DNA of 54,690 bases from an uncultured euryarchaeote (GCA_937911345.1 CALDPP010000186.1:1-54690), one strand, 5' to 3'. Shown: positions 7,753 to 18,551, numbered from the stretch's first letter. Made by a program: numbers and translations. The notes: generated by a model from the letters alone, not told the origin.

Positions 7753-10700
7753 ATGAGTCAAACATTCAAATCCGTGAGTTTAGTATCAATTATGCTGTTA
7801 TCTGTATTGTCCGGAATGGTCGTTGCTAGCGATTATGCCGAAGCAAATACTGTGGTTATTACTGAGCCACAACAAATTGTTGACGGTGGCTCAGCATCGG
7901 ATACTCAGACTGCGATAGTAGGTGACAGCCAAGGAAATGTGCACATTATCTGGGCTAGAAATAGTCTACATTTGTACTATTCAATGGTTGCAAGTAACGG
8001 TGAAATTCTTATTGATGCTACTCAAATAACCAATCCGGGAATTCACAAAGTTTGGCACCCTGATGCAGCAGTCGACGAAGATGATAACATCCACATTGTT
8101 TGGACGGACAAATCCGGAACTCACAAAATCATGTACACTGCTCTAAGCCCGTACAAAATACAACCATTCAACGGACAACCATCAACAGATGGAGCCATAA
8201 CTGGTATCGACGACACAGTAATCTCGCAACGTGCTCAAGACCGTGATTGGCCATCACTCGATATCGATTCTCAAGGTAATGTTCACATCGCTTGGGAAGA
8301 TGAGTATGATGAACTTGAAAAATTCTTTAATCAGCCACAAATTTACTATTCGATGATTGAACCTGATTTTGTTACCCAAGATGTGATCACTCTATTTGAT
8401 GATACACTACTAACGCCAATTATCGGTCACAAAGGTCATCCTGATATCGTGGTCGATGCTAATGATCAAGTGCAAATTGCTTGGGATGATACCCGTGGTG
8501 GTAAGGTAGAATTAGTATTCGTTATCGATACATCAGGATCTATGTATTCAGAATGGGCAGATGTGTGCACAGTAATTTATGGCGGTACTTTCTCTGATGG
8601 CTCAGCATTCGAAGGGATAAAACCACTTCTTGAAGTTGCCAACATGACCGTATATGAGACAATTTACGGCCTTGATGGTGGTTTTGGATTACCATCGGCT
8701 GCAGACAGTGGCGATTGTGCAGGATATAATCAAAATGCAGGGCCTCGTTCAACTCCATTAGGAGATGGTGACGATTCTGGAGGTATCAGAACCCTGTCAA
8801 CAACTGTGTACAATGGCAACCCATACTCGGGCAACTCTGGTGAAGATTGGGGTCCTGGTACAAACTGGGCATGCTTGTCTTGGAGAGATGCAAACGACAA
8901 TGTTCCAGGAATTCCATTAGCGGGAGGGCCTAATCACAAGTGGAACCCAAACGCAACAAAAATTGTACTTCCAGTATCTGACGAAGGGCCAAAAGACGGT
9001 GACCCATCACAACAGGCCGATGATATCAGCTCAATCAACGAAGCTCACGACAGTTGTGTCAGAGCAGGAGTTATTCCAATTGGTCTGTACGGCCAAGGTT
9101 ATGGTGGAGCAGGAAATATCCAATCGCATTTCCTTGATTTAGCAAAATGTCCAAACGGAGTAGTATCTACCCAACCAAGAAATTGCCCGGGTGCCGATCC
9201 AGCAAATAATCCAAGCAATGTCAATGCTGGTGGCCAAGCATACGAGTTCCCATCCGGAAGCGGTGGTGCAGGCGCTATGGCTTTACTTGTCGAAGCGATG
9301 GTTTACGTTGCAACAAACAACTCTCGAGAAATCTACATGACAGTATTAGATCCATATGCAAAGATGGAAAATGACCCTTCATGGACACCAGGTGCATCAG
9401 GTCATACGGTCGCTAACGGCGGTTATGTCGAAGACACAGGCCCCGCAGAAACAGGTCATTTAGTCGTAGTAAATGATACTCGAGTCACTATAGATGATGC
9501 TTATTCTTTCCACCCATCAATAGGTGTCGATATGCAAGGCAATACCCACATTGCTTGGATGGATGCTAGAGATTATGGTTTCGAAAAATCTGCCAACTAT
9601 GAAGTGTACTATACTAAACTCAGACTACAAGGTGCAGGAGCGTTCGATGGTGCTGAGGAAGGTCTCTCGACTTATGCGATAAAGAAAATTCAAGATACTG
9701 CCATCTCTAATGTCGAAGGTTTAGGCGGTTTGACACCGAGCCGACCTTGGTCTGGACATTCGATTTTCCCAGCCTTGCTAACCGACGAGCAAAACAATGT
9801 GCACATCGCTTGGGTCGATTCTGCTAACGTAACTGCTGGTGAAGAAATTCAGTATACTCGATTAAATCAAACAGATCTTACAGGTTTGGGCGAATTTGCT
9901 TTGGACCCATGGGAAATAGTTTCGATTACCAGTTGGGCCAGCAATAAACTTGGTACAGACACCGGAGGCAGGCCAGAAATTGGTATGCCGCCTGCATTTG
10001 CTAACGATTTAGGTAGTGGTGCTCACGTTGGCTGGTCAGATCGAAATAAGTGTAATGATGAACAGAACGGCGCCTTCACAATTTGTTATTCTCATGTTCT
10101 CACTGGGCAAGTTGATGTTGAATTAGAACTCGGAGAAACGTTCTATCATGTGATAGAACCTGGAGAGCAAACAATGTACAATTTGACTATGAATAACTCA
10201 ACACCCGGAGACATTGAACTCGTTGCTGACACCTACGGGCTCAATGTTACTGGCGTGCCACAGAATTGGACTGCACAGATATTCTTCTCGGAGAACCAAA
10301 CACAGATCACCCCAACAACTCCAATCTATCTAAAGGGTGGAGAATTCATCAATTTCTATCTTAGAGTACAAGCTCCGACTATCTATCAGGCCAATGAAGA
10401 TGAGTTAGCTCAAATTGTCGTAACTGCCAAGTCCTACAAAGACCCAGCAATACGGTCAGACCTTACCACTCTAACCCTAATGGATGTCGTTCACGGCATA
10501 AGCCTGGATACATCGCTTAGTGTACAGGACATAGAACAAGGTAGTCAGGCGACTTTCTCAATTACAATTACCAATACAGGTAACGTGCAAGATAGTTTCC
10601 TGTTCTGGGATCCAAATACCCTTGAGGGGCAGCAAGAATGGCTACTACCGTTTGGTTGGGAGATAACCTTCCCACTCCGTGTTGAGCTTGACCCAGGTAA

Positions 10701-12897
10701 ATCTACAACCAAGATACTAACTGTAAAGGTTCCATCAACTGAAGACCCAGGAGCATTCGTAATTTATCTTAAAGGCTGGTCTGAGGGTGAACCGATTAAG
10801 TCTGTAGACAAGGGGACTTACGATATTCTAGAATTGGGAATATTCGTGTCCATACAATCGGAAGGAAACATAGTGTTTGAGGAGTTACTGGCCGACGAAA
10901 GAGAGGTCGAAGTAATGGCTGGCGATTGTCACACCTTCGAGCAAGATGTCACTAAGAACTTCGAATCGGGCAACCTTATATTCAGCACACCCGGAGCGCC
11001 TGAAGCCCAACCAGATGACATAGACGAAGCAACATGGCGTCAGTCCAACTGGGTTCTAGACATTGATTTCTCACAAACTCCAGGAGGCGCTGATGCGACA
11101 CTAGGTGAGCCAATTGAGTGGAAACTTGATGCAGGAACTACCTTCAGAACATGGATGGTTAGAGTCAATGTATGTGTGCCAGATGATGCAAGCATCGGCT
11201 CAAAGAGTTTCACACTGCAAGCCAATCTAGAGGGTTATCAGAAAGTATCCGACTCTGGAAGATATACCGTCAACGTCATTCATGAGTACAGCCTTGACTC
11301 TCAGATTGAGTTAGAGGCGGATAGAATAGTATCTGTAACAGATTCTAATGGCAACCCAATATCAGCAATAGCGGTAAATCCGGGTGAAAATTTGGTACTT
11401 CCAGTAACTACAATGAACAATGGTAACGGACCAGATAGGTTCGATTTCCGTTTGACTACCGTGATTGATCCTACTGGAGTACCAGTAAGAACAGGACACT
11501 GGGATATCATTATTCCTAGAGAAAGTCTAGAAGAATTAGACCGTGACTCAGATCAAACATTTGATGTTCTAATGAACATTCCTGAATTTGATATTGGTGC
11601 AGGATTATATGTCGTTGAGTTCAAGACTCTTTCCGAAGAAGCATATCCAAATGAGCAAAATAGGATTACAAGAGAGCGCGATGTAGATTTCTTGTATGTC
11701 TATGTTAACGAATTCTACGACATGGAAATCAGTATGGACCCAACAGTGGATAATCCAGTGAAAGTTTCAGCTCCAGGTAAAATAGTTAGTTTTGCATTAA
11801 ACATCACCAACAACGGCAATGTACAAGATTGGCCCTCACTGGACAATCACACAGCTCAATCACAAGGCAATGACTTGGTATGGAATGAACTACCAGGAAT
11901 GGGCGCATTGAGCGGATGGTCGGTAGAATGGCGTACAATCAAGAAGATCAGCAATGATTTGAGCGTTGATGAAGAGTGTGTTGTTATCACAGATCCAATG
12001 CCAGCTGCAGATGCTAACCAACTTGAAATCGATGCATATTACTCAATGATTGAAGAAATGCAAGACTCGAATAGATGTGCTTACCTAGAAGTAGATAACA
12101 TATACATGGCGCCAAAACTAGCACCATATCAAACAATCGAGATGATTGCTGTAGTAAAAATATCAACCACTGCGAAATTAGATACTCGTAACGTTGGTCT
12201 CAAGGTTGTATCAATGGCAGGAGATATGACAGAAGGAGGAGACTATGATTCCTCACCGTCATGGCAAGGAGAGGATCTTGACAGCAATGAGTTCATTGTG
12301 ACACTAAGCCTAAAAGCACCAGATTTGGTAATCAAAGACATTAGAGTTTCACAATACAGTGCAGAGATTGATTCAACAATCCCAATTGGTATCACCCTGC
12401 AAAATGTTGGAAATACTCATGCTACAGACATTGAGATTGTTTTGTGTCAATATGATGATGTAAACAGTCAGTCTATTGTTAATGATATTAAGCGCAATGG
12501 ATGTGATGAAGACAGTGTGGTAATGCGACAAGTTGTCGGCGCATTGTTAGCGCCAGATGCTTCAGAGGATGCTAAGGAAATTGAAATTTACCTGCTATAT
12601 CCGGTTGTTGCAGGTAGCAAGGGCGTTTATGTTGTAGTTGATCCAATGAATGAGATTGTTGAAGGTAGTGAAAGTAACAACATTATGGCAGTCTCAGAAC
12701 CACTTGAATCCCCAAGTCCATTCTTTGATGTTGCAGGACAAGTTGTTGGTAAAGCAGCACTACCGTTTGTTGTAATTGTACTAACTCTATCATTACTCGG
12801 CGTAGTTTACTTTGTCGGTAAGGCTAGAAGAGAGGAAGTAAAGAAGCGAATCGCAGAGCAATCTTCATTGGTTAGTGTCTTAGAATCAGGCGACTGA
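7753..12897 (+). CDS. Large cell-surface protein: beta-propeller with inserted VWA domain, Ig-like (NEW3/CARDB-type) domains, C-terminal TM anchor
   Basis: Signal peptide; seven D-x-x-x-x-x-H-I-x-W type repeats; MIDAS DTSGS; repeated ITNTGN/ITNNGN/LQNVGN Ig strands; VVVDPMNEIVEGSESNN CARDB end; TM then KARR. Confidence 0.88.
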   Translation: MSQTFKSVSLVSIMLLSVLSGMVVASDYAEANTVVITEPQQIVDGGSASDTQTAIVGDSQGNVHIIWARNSLHLYYSMVASNGEILIDATQITNPGIHKVWHPDAAVDEDDNIHIVWTDKSGTHKIMYTALSPYKIQPFNGQPSTDGAITGIDDTVISQRAQDRDWPSLDIDSQGNVHIAWEDEYDELEKFFNQPQIYYSMIEPDFVTQDVITLFDDTLLTPIIGHKGHPDIVVDANDQVQIAWDDTRGGKVELVFVIDTSGSMYSEWADVCTVIYGGTFSDGSAFEGIKPLLEVANMTVYETIYGLDGGFGLPSAADSGDCAGYNQNAGPRSTPLGDGDDSGGIRTLSTTVYNGNPYSGNSGEDWGPGTNWACLSWRDANDNVPGIPLAGGPNHKWNPNATKIVLPVSDEGPKDGDPSQQADDISSINEAHDSCVRAGVIPIGLYGQGYGGAGNIQSHFLDLAKCPNGVVSTQPRNCPGADPANNPSNVNAGGQAYEFPSGSGGAGAMALLVEAMVYVATNNSREIYMTVLDPYAKMENDPSWTPGASGHTVANGGYVEDTGPAETGHLVVVNDTRVTIDDAYSFHPSIGVDMQGNTHIAWMDARDYGFEKSANYEVYYTKLRLQGAGAFDGAEEGLSTYAIKKIQDTAISNVEGLGGLTPSRPWSGHSIFPALLTDEQNNVHIAWVDSANVTAGEEIQYTRLNQTDLTGLGEFALDPWEIVSITSWASNKLGTDTGGRPEIGMPPAFANDLGSGAHVGWSDRNKCNDEQNGAFTICYSHVLTGQVDVELELGETFYHVIEPGEQTMYNLTMNNSTPGDIELVADTYGLNVTGVPQNWTAQIFFSENQTQITPTTPIYLKGGEFINFYLRVQAPTIYQANEDELAQIVVTAKSYKDPAIRSDLTTLTLMDVVHGISLDTSLSVQDIEQGSQATFSITITNTGNVQDSFLFWDPNTLEGQQEWLLPFGWEITFPLRVELDPGKSTTKILTVKVPSTEDPGAFVIYLKGWSEGEPIKSVDKGTYDILELGIFVSIQSEGNIVFEELLADEREVEVMAGDCHTFEQDVTKNFESGNLIFSTPGAPEAQPDDIDEATWRQSNWVLDIDFSQTPGGADATLGEPIEWKLDAGTTFRTWMVRVNVCVPDDASIGSKSFTLQANLEGYQKVSDSGRYTVNVIHEYSLDSQIELEADRIVSVTDSNGNPISAIAVNPGENLVLPVTTMNNGNGPDRFDFRLTTVIDPTGVPVRTGHWDIIIPRESLEELDRDSDQTFDVLMNIPEFDIGAGLYVVEFKTLSEEAYPNEQNRITRERDVDFLYVYVNEFYDMEISMDPTVDNPVKVSAPGKIVSFALNITNNGNVQDWPSLDNHTAQSQGNDLVWNELPGMGALSGWSVEWRTIKKISNDLSVDEECVVITDPMPAADANQLEIDAYYSMIEEMQDSNRCAYLEVDNIYMAPKLAPYQTIEMIAVVKISTTAKLDTRNVGLKVVSMAGDMTEGGDYDSSPSWQGEDLDSNEFIVTLSLKAPDLVIKDIRVSQYSAEIDSTIPIGITLQNVGNTHATDIEIVLCQYDDVNSQSIVNDIKRNGCDEDSVVMRQVVGALLAPDASEDAKEIEIYLLYPVVAGSKGVYVVVDPMNEIVEGSESNNIMAVSEPLESPSPFFDVAGQVVGKAALPFVVIVLTLSLLGVVYFVGKARREEVKKRIAEQSSLVSVLESGD

Positions 12898-12908
12898 GCT
12901 GCTCGCGA

Positions 12909-13655
12909 TTACTTTTTGTAATCGCCTAGCCACCAGTATAGGTCTGAGTTTTCTGGGGTTGCTATCACGTGACCAGCCTTTTGTGAAATCTGCCTTTGTA
13001 ACTTAGACCGAACCTCTTCTAAAAGTTCGGAGACTTGACGTTGTCCCAATTGCAGTTCTTTGCTCAATAAGTTTAGATCAAGACGTTTTTCAGGCGCCTC
13101 TATTATCGAATGAATCATTGCTCTTTCTTCATACTGTTCAAAGTCACTATCGACGCCTTGCGATATACGATTACGAATATGTTGGTGCAGTGAAATTAAC
13201 GCATCCCTTTCAGAATCTAATCGCTCAATAACTTGGTTAAGTTCTGCAAGGTGGCCAACACCTTCACTTACTGAGATTCTTTTCCTGCCACTAACCATTT
13301 CAGCAACAGGATGAGTAACTTCTGGCAGTTTACTTGAAAGCCTCATGGGGCCTCCGGAAGGGAGTTTTCTTTGTTCACAATTGAACAAATCAGGCCCTAG
13401 GTCAATCCGAATTGAAATCGCTTCTTGCACAGTATAGATTGTCCTGGGCGGTCCACCCTTTTCACTAGGAACTTTCAATTTAGCAACAAAATTACCATTC
13501 TCTAATTCTCTCAGATGTTTTTTGATAGCTTGCTGACTTACTCCAATCAAATCTGCTAACTGCATTGGATAGTGAGGTTCTCTTACCAACCTCTCTAGAA
13601 TTTGTCTGCGAACTTTGTTCTGTAAAAGCCTGAGTGCAAGGTCAATATCAGCCAT
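12909..13655 (-). CDS. ArsR-family HTH transcriptional regulator with coiled coil
   Basis: LQNKVRRQILERLVREPHYPMQLA...VSQQAIKKHLRELE...GGPPRTIY; start moved to ATG 13655. Confidence 0.88.
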   Translation of the reverse strand: MADIDLALRLLQNKVRRQILERLVREPHYPMQLADLIGVSQQAIKKHLRELENGNFVAKLKVPSEKGGPPRTIYTVQEAISIRIDLGPDLFNCEQRKLPSGGPMRLSSKLPEVTHPVAEMVSGRKRISVSEGVGHLAELNQVIERLDSERDALISLHQHIRNRISQGVDSDFEQYEERAMIHSIIEAPEKRLDLNLLSKELQLGQRQVSELLEEVRSKLQRQISQKAGHVIATPENSDLYWWLGDYKK

Positions 13656-13698
13656 ATTGCTCAACCTAAGGTTACCTAATTGATGAACCTTTTTCAAT

Positions 13699-14274
13699 TC
13701 AACGGATTCTCATTTTATACCACATTACTGCACCAATTATCGCTAAAGTTAACCCAGTGAATAACAATGATATCGCTAGGGTGGATTTCAAGGACGCTTG
13801 ATAACTCCAATCAACATCAAATTGTTGTAGGGTTTGTGAGTCGTCTCCCCCTGCAACAAAGCGATACTCTCCTGGGACAGGTTGCCAAGTAATCTTTCCA
13901 TCTGAGGATGGGCCACCAGCAATCATATTGACCGAATCTTTCTCACATTCGTAATAATCTCCCTTCAGTTCACATTTACTTGCTTCACTCGCCTCTGCTA
14001 TACCTATCCACACGCCTGCTTTTTCCCATGTAATTTCAACGTCGACATCTGCAGCAATAGCTTCGCTAGGTATCTCGAGAACTTCTCCCGACATTCCCCA
14101 ATAGCATGTTATTTCGTCTTCACCGACGAATGGTAGACCGTCTTCAACAGTACAAGGTGGCAGCATCGCATCAACAGTATCTGCGTCACTTAGGTCTTGA
14201 GTGATTCCAAGTGAAGAAAAAATAACTAATAAAACTCCAAAAATTATCATTCCAATAGAGAAAAATTTCTTCAC
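13699..14274 (-). CDS. Hypothetical membrane protein (N- and C-terminal TM, Cys-containing extracellular domain)
   Basis: 191-aa ORF, GTG start preceded by GGGTGA. Confidence 0.75.
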   Translation of the reverse strand: MKKFFSIGMIIFGVLLVIFSSLGITQDLSDADTVDAMLPPCTVEDGLPFVGEDEITCYWGMSGEVLEIPSEAIAADVDVEITWEKAGVWIGIAEASEASKCELKGDYYECEKDSVNMIAGGPSSDGKITWQPVPGEYRFVAGGDDSQTLQQFDVDWSYQASLKSTLAISLLFTGLTLAIIGAVMWYKMRIR

Positions 14275-14283
14275 AACATCACC

Positions 14284-15300
14284 CTAATCTTCATCCCATT
14301 CTTTCCATGCATTAGGTTTTGTTTCAGGTTGTTTGGGGTTATCCTTACTGATACCGCTCTTGATTGGTTTGGTTTTGCTTGATTGTTCTGAGGCAAAACT
14401 TCCCCCTTCATCCCAAGACGCAATTTCTTTCGTATTGGATGCTTTCTTTTCGATTTCAGGTTGGCGAATATCGTTGTAATCGGCAAATGGATCTGCGACC
14501 CTGCTTTGAGCTTCATCAACATCGCCTTTCATCAAGGCAAATACTTGCTCAGTAGTTAGCAAAGTACCCTTTTGTACATCTTCTCGGCCATCAACAAATT
14601 CTTCAGAATCCGATATTCCTGTATCGGCGAATGGGTTGTCAACTTTCTCGACTTTTTGGGATTGTAATTTTGCAATGTTTTCAGGGGTTAAATCTGTGAT
14701 TGGCATTACTTGACCATCTGCCCCCACCATCATTACTTTTGGACCACCAGAGTTCTTGTTTGTCAAGTATAGGATGAATGCCAATGGCAATATTACCAAA
14801 CCAATACAGCATGCTGCACCACCAAAAACGAGCGCAGGTTGCTCTAACATCTTCCACTGTGCTCCAGTCGCATCAACTAGCCATAGAGTCGAATTGTCAC
14901 AGTTTGATTCACATTCTACCTCTAGAACATATTCACCTTTTTCAGCGATGTCCCACTCTTTGATGATGGTGAATCTACTACCGTCTGAATCCATTGGAGT
15001 CCAATCGGTTTTGCAACTGCTTGACTCAATCGGATCACCAGAAATATCTGAGCCACTCATCTTCAGTATACTAACATTGGAAATATCATCTGAAATAACC
15101 ACTGCCGAGTAACAGCTTTCTCTCAATTCAATGGTTTCAGCACCGCCACCTGTTATCGATGCTTCATTGATTTTTTTCGGACTCGATGCCTCATCGATTT
15201 GGTCCATGTTTGAGAAAATGGCTATCGCACCGACCATCAAACACACTAACCCAAGTACCGCAACACGCATTGGCCATGGGTTAGGATTATTCTGCGCCAT
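14284..15300 (-). CDS. Hypothetical membrane protein with acidic cytoplasmic tail
   Basis: Two TM segments; GAGGT SD favours ATG at 15300. Confidence 0.75.
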   Translation of the reverse strand: MAQNNPNPWPMRVAVLGLVCLMVGAIAIFSNMDQIDEASSPKKINEASITGGGAETIELRESCYSAVVISDDISNVSILKMSGSDISGDPIESSSCKTDWTPMDSDGSRFTIIKEWDIAEKGEYVLEVECESNCDNSTLWLVDATGAQWKMLEQPALVFGGAACCIGLVILPLAFILYLTNKNSGGPKVMMVGADGQVMPITDLTPENIAKLQSQKVEKVDNPFADTGISDSEEFVDGREDVQKGTLLTTEQVFALMKGDVDEAQSRVADPFADYNDIRQPEIEKKASNTKEIASWDEGGSFASEQSSKTKPIKSGISKDNPKQPETKPNAWKEWDED

Positions 15301-15341
15301 AGACATACCTCGACTGAAGTCCTCCATCAATGCTTGTACGA

Positions 15342-16439
15342 CTATGCAAGACCGAGTTCTGCTAATTTTTCCGGTAAATATGTGTCTGTAACGAAATCCA
15401 AACCATATTTCGCTAACGATTGCTGCTCAGCTTTTTTGTTAAGTTCTAACATCATGTTTATCTGGTCTTGCCACCATGAATCAGCAAATCTTGGGTCAGA
15501 TAATTCAGCGTTCAGTGCCTCAATGTCTTTCTTCGAAAGGTCATCACTGGGTAAGTCATAAGCGACAATATCGTCAGAGGTAATTCCTAGATATGTTGCG
15601 CTTGGAGTGGCCAAATATTCAGAAATATGAGCGGTTTTAATTGCACCGTATGCAATAGAAGCAAAGATTCTGAATGACCATGGATCTCCGTCAAGGAATA
15701 CAACTACTGGTAAATCCCATTCTTCACTCATGCGCTTGATAATTCTCCTAGTAGACCTTGCAGGCTGTCCTTTTAGGTGTAATAAGCCACATTTGTAATC
15801 CTCGTCAAAACCATTTTCAACCAACCTGTCAAACATACCACCAGTTTCAATTGCCATGAGGAAGTTAATATCATGTTCAAGAAATTCAATCTTTTCTAGT
15901 TCGACATTGTAAGGAACCCCATATCCGGAATCACCAACATCGTCCCTAGCATTTATTCTCATCCATTCTCCACGACGGTTTCTTTCCTGCAAGGTTAGAT
16001 TGCCGATAATTCTAGCACCGTCTTCTTCAGGTCTAAGTTTGAAATCTTCTCGGAGACATTTTGTAACTATCTCTAAATCCTCGGCTAAGTTATTTGATTC
16101 ATTTTGGCTACCAAATTTACCAAGACCCCAACTCTCTGAGATGTAATACATCTCTCTCAAGGTTGATGATTTACCAGAATCAATCATATCCTCAATGAAC
16201 TCAATAACGTGAAGAGCTCTGAGTAATTGTTTTGCCGAACCCAAACTTGTTGCATCTCTAATCGACTTCTTTTTGCCATACTTGTAAACTCCAAGTTTTC
16301 TATCAAAGCCAATATTATTTTTTGTTCTGACTGGCAAAGTCATTGTTGGAGGCTCACCCTTGACAATTTTATCATACATCTCTGATACTACAGTCTGCAT
16401 TGCAGATTTTGTCTCCTCAGCACTCATTCTTACTGCCAT
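15342..16439 (-). CDS. top6A: DNA topoisomerase VI subunit A
   Basis: TLREMYY catalytic Tyr region, IETGGMF and DGDPW toprim motifs, KAEQQ; GGAGGTGA SD. Confidence 0.97.
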   Translation of the reverse strand: MAVRMSAEETKSAMQTVVSEMYDKIVKGEPPTMTLPVRTKNNIGFDRKLGVYKYGKKKSIRDATSLGSAKQLLRALHVIEFIEDMIDSGKSSTLREMYYISESWGLGKFGSQNESNNLAEDLEIVTKCLREDFKLRPEEDGARIIGNLTLQERNRRGEWMRINARDDVGDSGYGVPYNVELEKIEFLEHDINFLMAIETGGMFDRLVENGFDEDYKCGLLHLKGQPARSTRRIIKRMSEEWDLPVVVFLDGDPWSFRIFASIAYGAIKTAHISEYLATPSATYLGITSDDIVAYDLPSDDLSKKDIEALNAELSDPRFADSWWQDQINMMLELNKKAEQQSLAKYGLDFVTDTYLPEKLAELGLA

Positions 16440-18535
16440 TATTGTTCACCTCCAAACAGAGTTGATTGTCCTGAGGGAGGTTTAATGGCCGGTTCTGGAA
16501 TTGATTCAGGCATCGCCTCAACAGTTTGATCAACATTTTCTTCATCGTTGATTTTTTCATCACCAATGTCATTTGAAGAATTCAACTCGTTCATTATTTT
16601 CTCTTGATTACGAATTTCCTCGAGGTATTTCTCATCCATTTTCATTGCCCCAATAATTTCTTGACTACCTCGGAAGAAGACATCGGTTTCTGTCCAGTCA
16701 CCTTTCTCCAAACCTTGGAGCGAATATGAGATGGTAATGTTTTCACCAGGTTGTAATGTTTCTAATTTCCATGCCCAGACTCCTGTTGCTTCTTTTCTAC
16801 CTCCGTGCTCATTATTGGTCATTAAGCCGCCTGACTTTTCTGGCCAAGTTGCTAGAATGGTGTAAGCTCTTGAACGGGCGGTGTAATTGTAAATTTTGAT
16901 TGCTACATCAACAGATTTAGTTTCTTTATTCCACTCAGTAGTGCTTTCACAAATTACTGCAGACATTATTTTGGTTATTGAACCAGCAAGGTTCGGAATA
17001 GGTTTTTCTAAAATTTGGGCAGATTTTGCAGCAATTGCCGGCAAGATGTCATTGATTAACTCAAACTTCTCCTTGGTTTTGGCCATCTTCTTCTTCTTCT
17101 CCAAATGCTTCCTTAGCCCTCGGCCCATCTCTAGCATAGCTTTTCTAACTTCTTCCATAACCTCGGCGTTGTCTGCTAGCGCCTCTTTCGCTTCTGATGT
17201 GAACTGAACATTTGTGCTAGCAAGGTGCACTAAAATCGCTGCAGGACCCTTTGGCACACCTTTTCCTCCCGCTTGGTCAAGACCATACTGTCGCCAATCA
17301 ACAGATTCAATCGCTTTAGTCAATAAGCAACCTCCTTGTTGATACATTAGTGGTACTCTATTGGCAAATCGTAAAACCTCAACCGGTTTATCTGCAGCCA
17401 TATTGCCGCCGAAAATTAAGCCTACTTCGACTTGGTAGGGGTTGCCTTGAGAAACATTAGGAGCTCTTGTCATGGTAATTGCATACCTAGAATCAATGGT
17501 TTTTGAAAGACCCTTTTTGATTAGCATTTCCTCAATCGGTGAAAGACAGTTAGTCGGCGGATTGAGTAATTTCACTGGCTTCCCATTGAACATTCTCTCG
17601 CCTTGGAATGATTCAAGCAGAGCGCGTATTTGGTCAGGATTCATCTGTTTAGGCTTGACTTTTACATCTAATTCAGCAGCAGAGCATAGCTCTTTGGCAG
17701 CTCTTGTTGATACGCCCGAAAAGTTGGTTCGCAAAAATACTGATAATCGGGAATCGGTAGACTCCGTTAACATTCTTTGCAATTGTCCCAATTCTATTCC
17801 ATGTGGATGGGGTTTGATAGATTCAACTTTACCAGGTAATCTTTCGGTTACCCTTGGCCAGTGATGAGTTTCGCCATCGGGATCGGTGAAGGTAATTTCT
17901 GCATGAGGATTAACAATACTTGTCATTCGTAAATACTGCCAAACACTTTGACGTCCTTTCTGATATTTTGCTTTCATTCGGGTTGTAACTTCCAAACCAT
18001 GCTTTTTCATTTCACCGTCATCTAAAAGCCATATTTCTCTGCCAGAATTGCTTTTTGTCGCTTTATTTTTCCTCGTATCAAGGCCGATATCGACCACAGC
18101 AGCAGTAGACTCAGTGGCAATTTTGGATTTAACATGAGTTGGTTTACCAGTGGTCAGTTGACTGTACATTACAACCCCGGTAATTCCGATACCCTGTTGT
18201 CCTCTAGATTGGCGAATTGCATGAAATCTTGAGCCAAACAATAGTTGGCCGAAAACCTTCTCAATGCTCTTTTGCGGTATTCCAGGACCATTATCTTCTA
18301 CAACTAATTCGATTATGTCCTTTTTTGTGTCTATTTTAGAGACCTTGACCTTGATTGAAGGTAATATCCTCGCTTCTTCACAAGCGTCCAAGGAATTGTC
18401 TACTGCCTCTTTAACGGCAGTTATCAATGAACGAACTGGAGAGTCAAAGCCTAGAAAGTGTTTATTTTTTTCAAAAAATTCAGAAATCGCTACTTGTTTT
18501 TGGTTGGATGCTAGTTTTTGTGCTATGCCTGACAT
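16439..18535 (-). CDS. top6B: DNA topoisomerase VI subunit B
   Basis: EFFEKN, EAVDNSLDA, EDNGPGI, QSRGQQGIG GHKL motifs, RFANRVPL, FTSEAKE. Confidence 0.97.
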   Translation of the reverse strand: MSGIAQKLASNQKQVAISEFFEKNKHFLGFDSPVRSLITAVKEAVDNSLDACEEARILPSIKVKVSKIDTKKDIIELVVEDNGPGIPQKSIEKVFGQLLFGSRFHAIRQSRGQQGIGITGVVMYSQLTTGKPTHVKSKIATESTAAVVDIGLDTRKNKATKSNSGREIWLLDDGEMKKHGLEVTTRMKAKYQKGRQSVWQYLRMTSIVNPHAEITFTDPDGETHHWPRVTERLPGKVESIKPHPHGIELGQLQRMLTESTDSRLSVFLRTNFSGVSTRAAKELCSAAELDVKVKPKQMNPDQIRALLESFQGERMFNGKPVKLLNPPTNCLSPIEEMLIKKGLSKTIDSRYAITMTRAPNVSQGNPYQVEVGLIFGGNMAADKPVEVLRFANRVPLMYQQGGCLLTKAIESVDWRQYGLDQAGGKGVPKGPAAILVHLASTNVQFTSEAKEALADNAEVMEEVRKAMLEMGRGLRKHLEKKKKMAKTKEKFELINDILPAIAAKSAQILEKPIPNLAGSITKIMSAVICESTTEWNKETKSVDVAIKIYNYTARSRAYTILATWPEKSGGLMTNNEHGGRKEATGVWAWKLETLQPGENITISYSLQGLEKGDWTETDVFFRGSQEIIGAMKMDEKYLEEIRNQEKIMNELNSSNDIGDEKINDEENVDQTVEAMPESIPEPAIKPPSGQSTLFGGEQ

Positions 18536-18551
18536 CTTTGTCACTCCGTCT

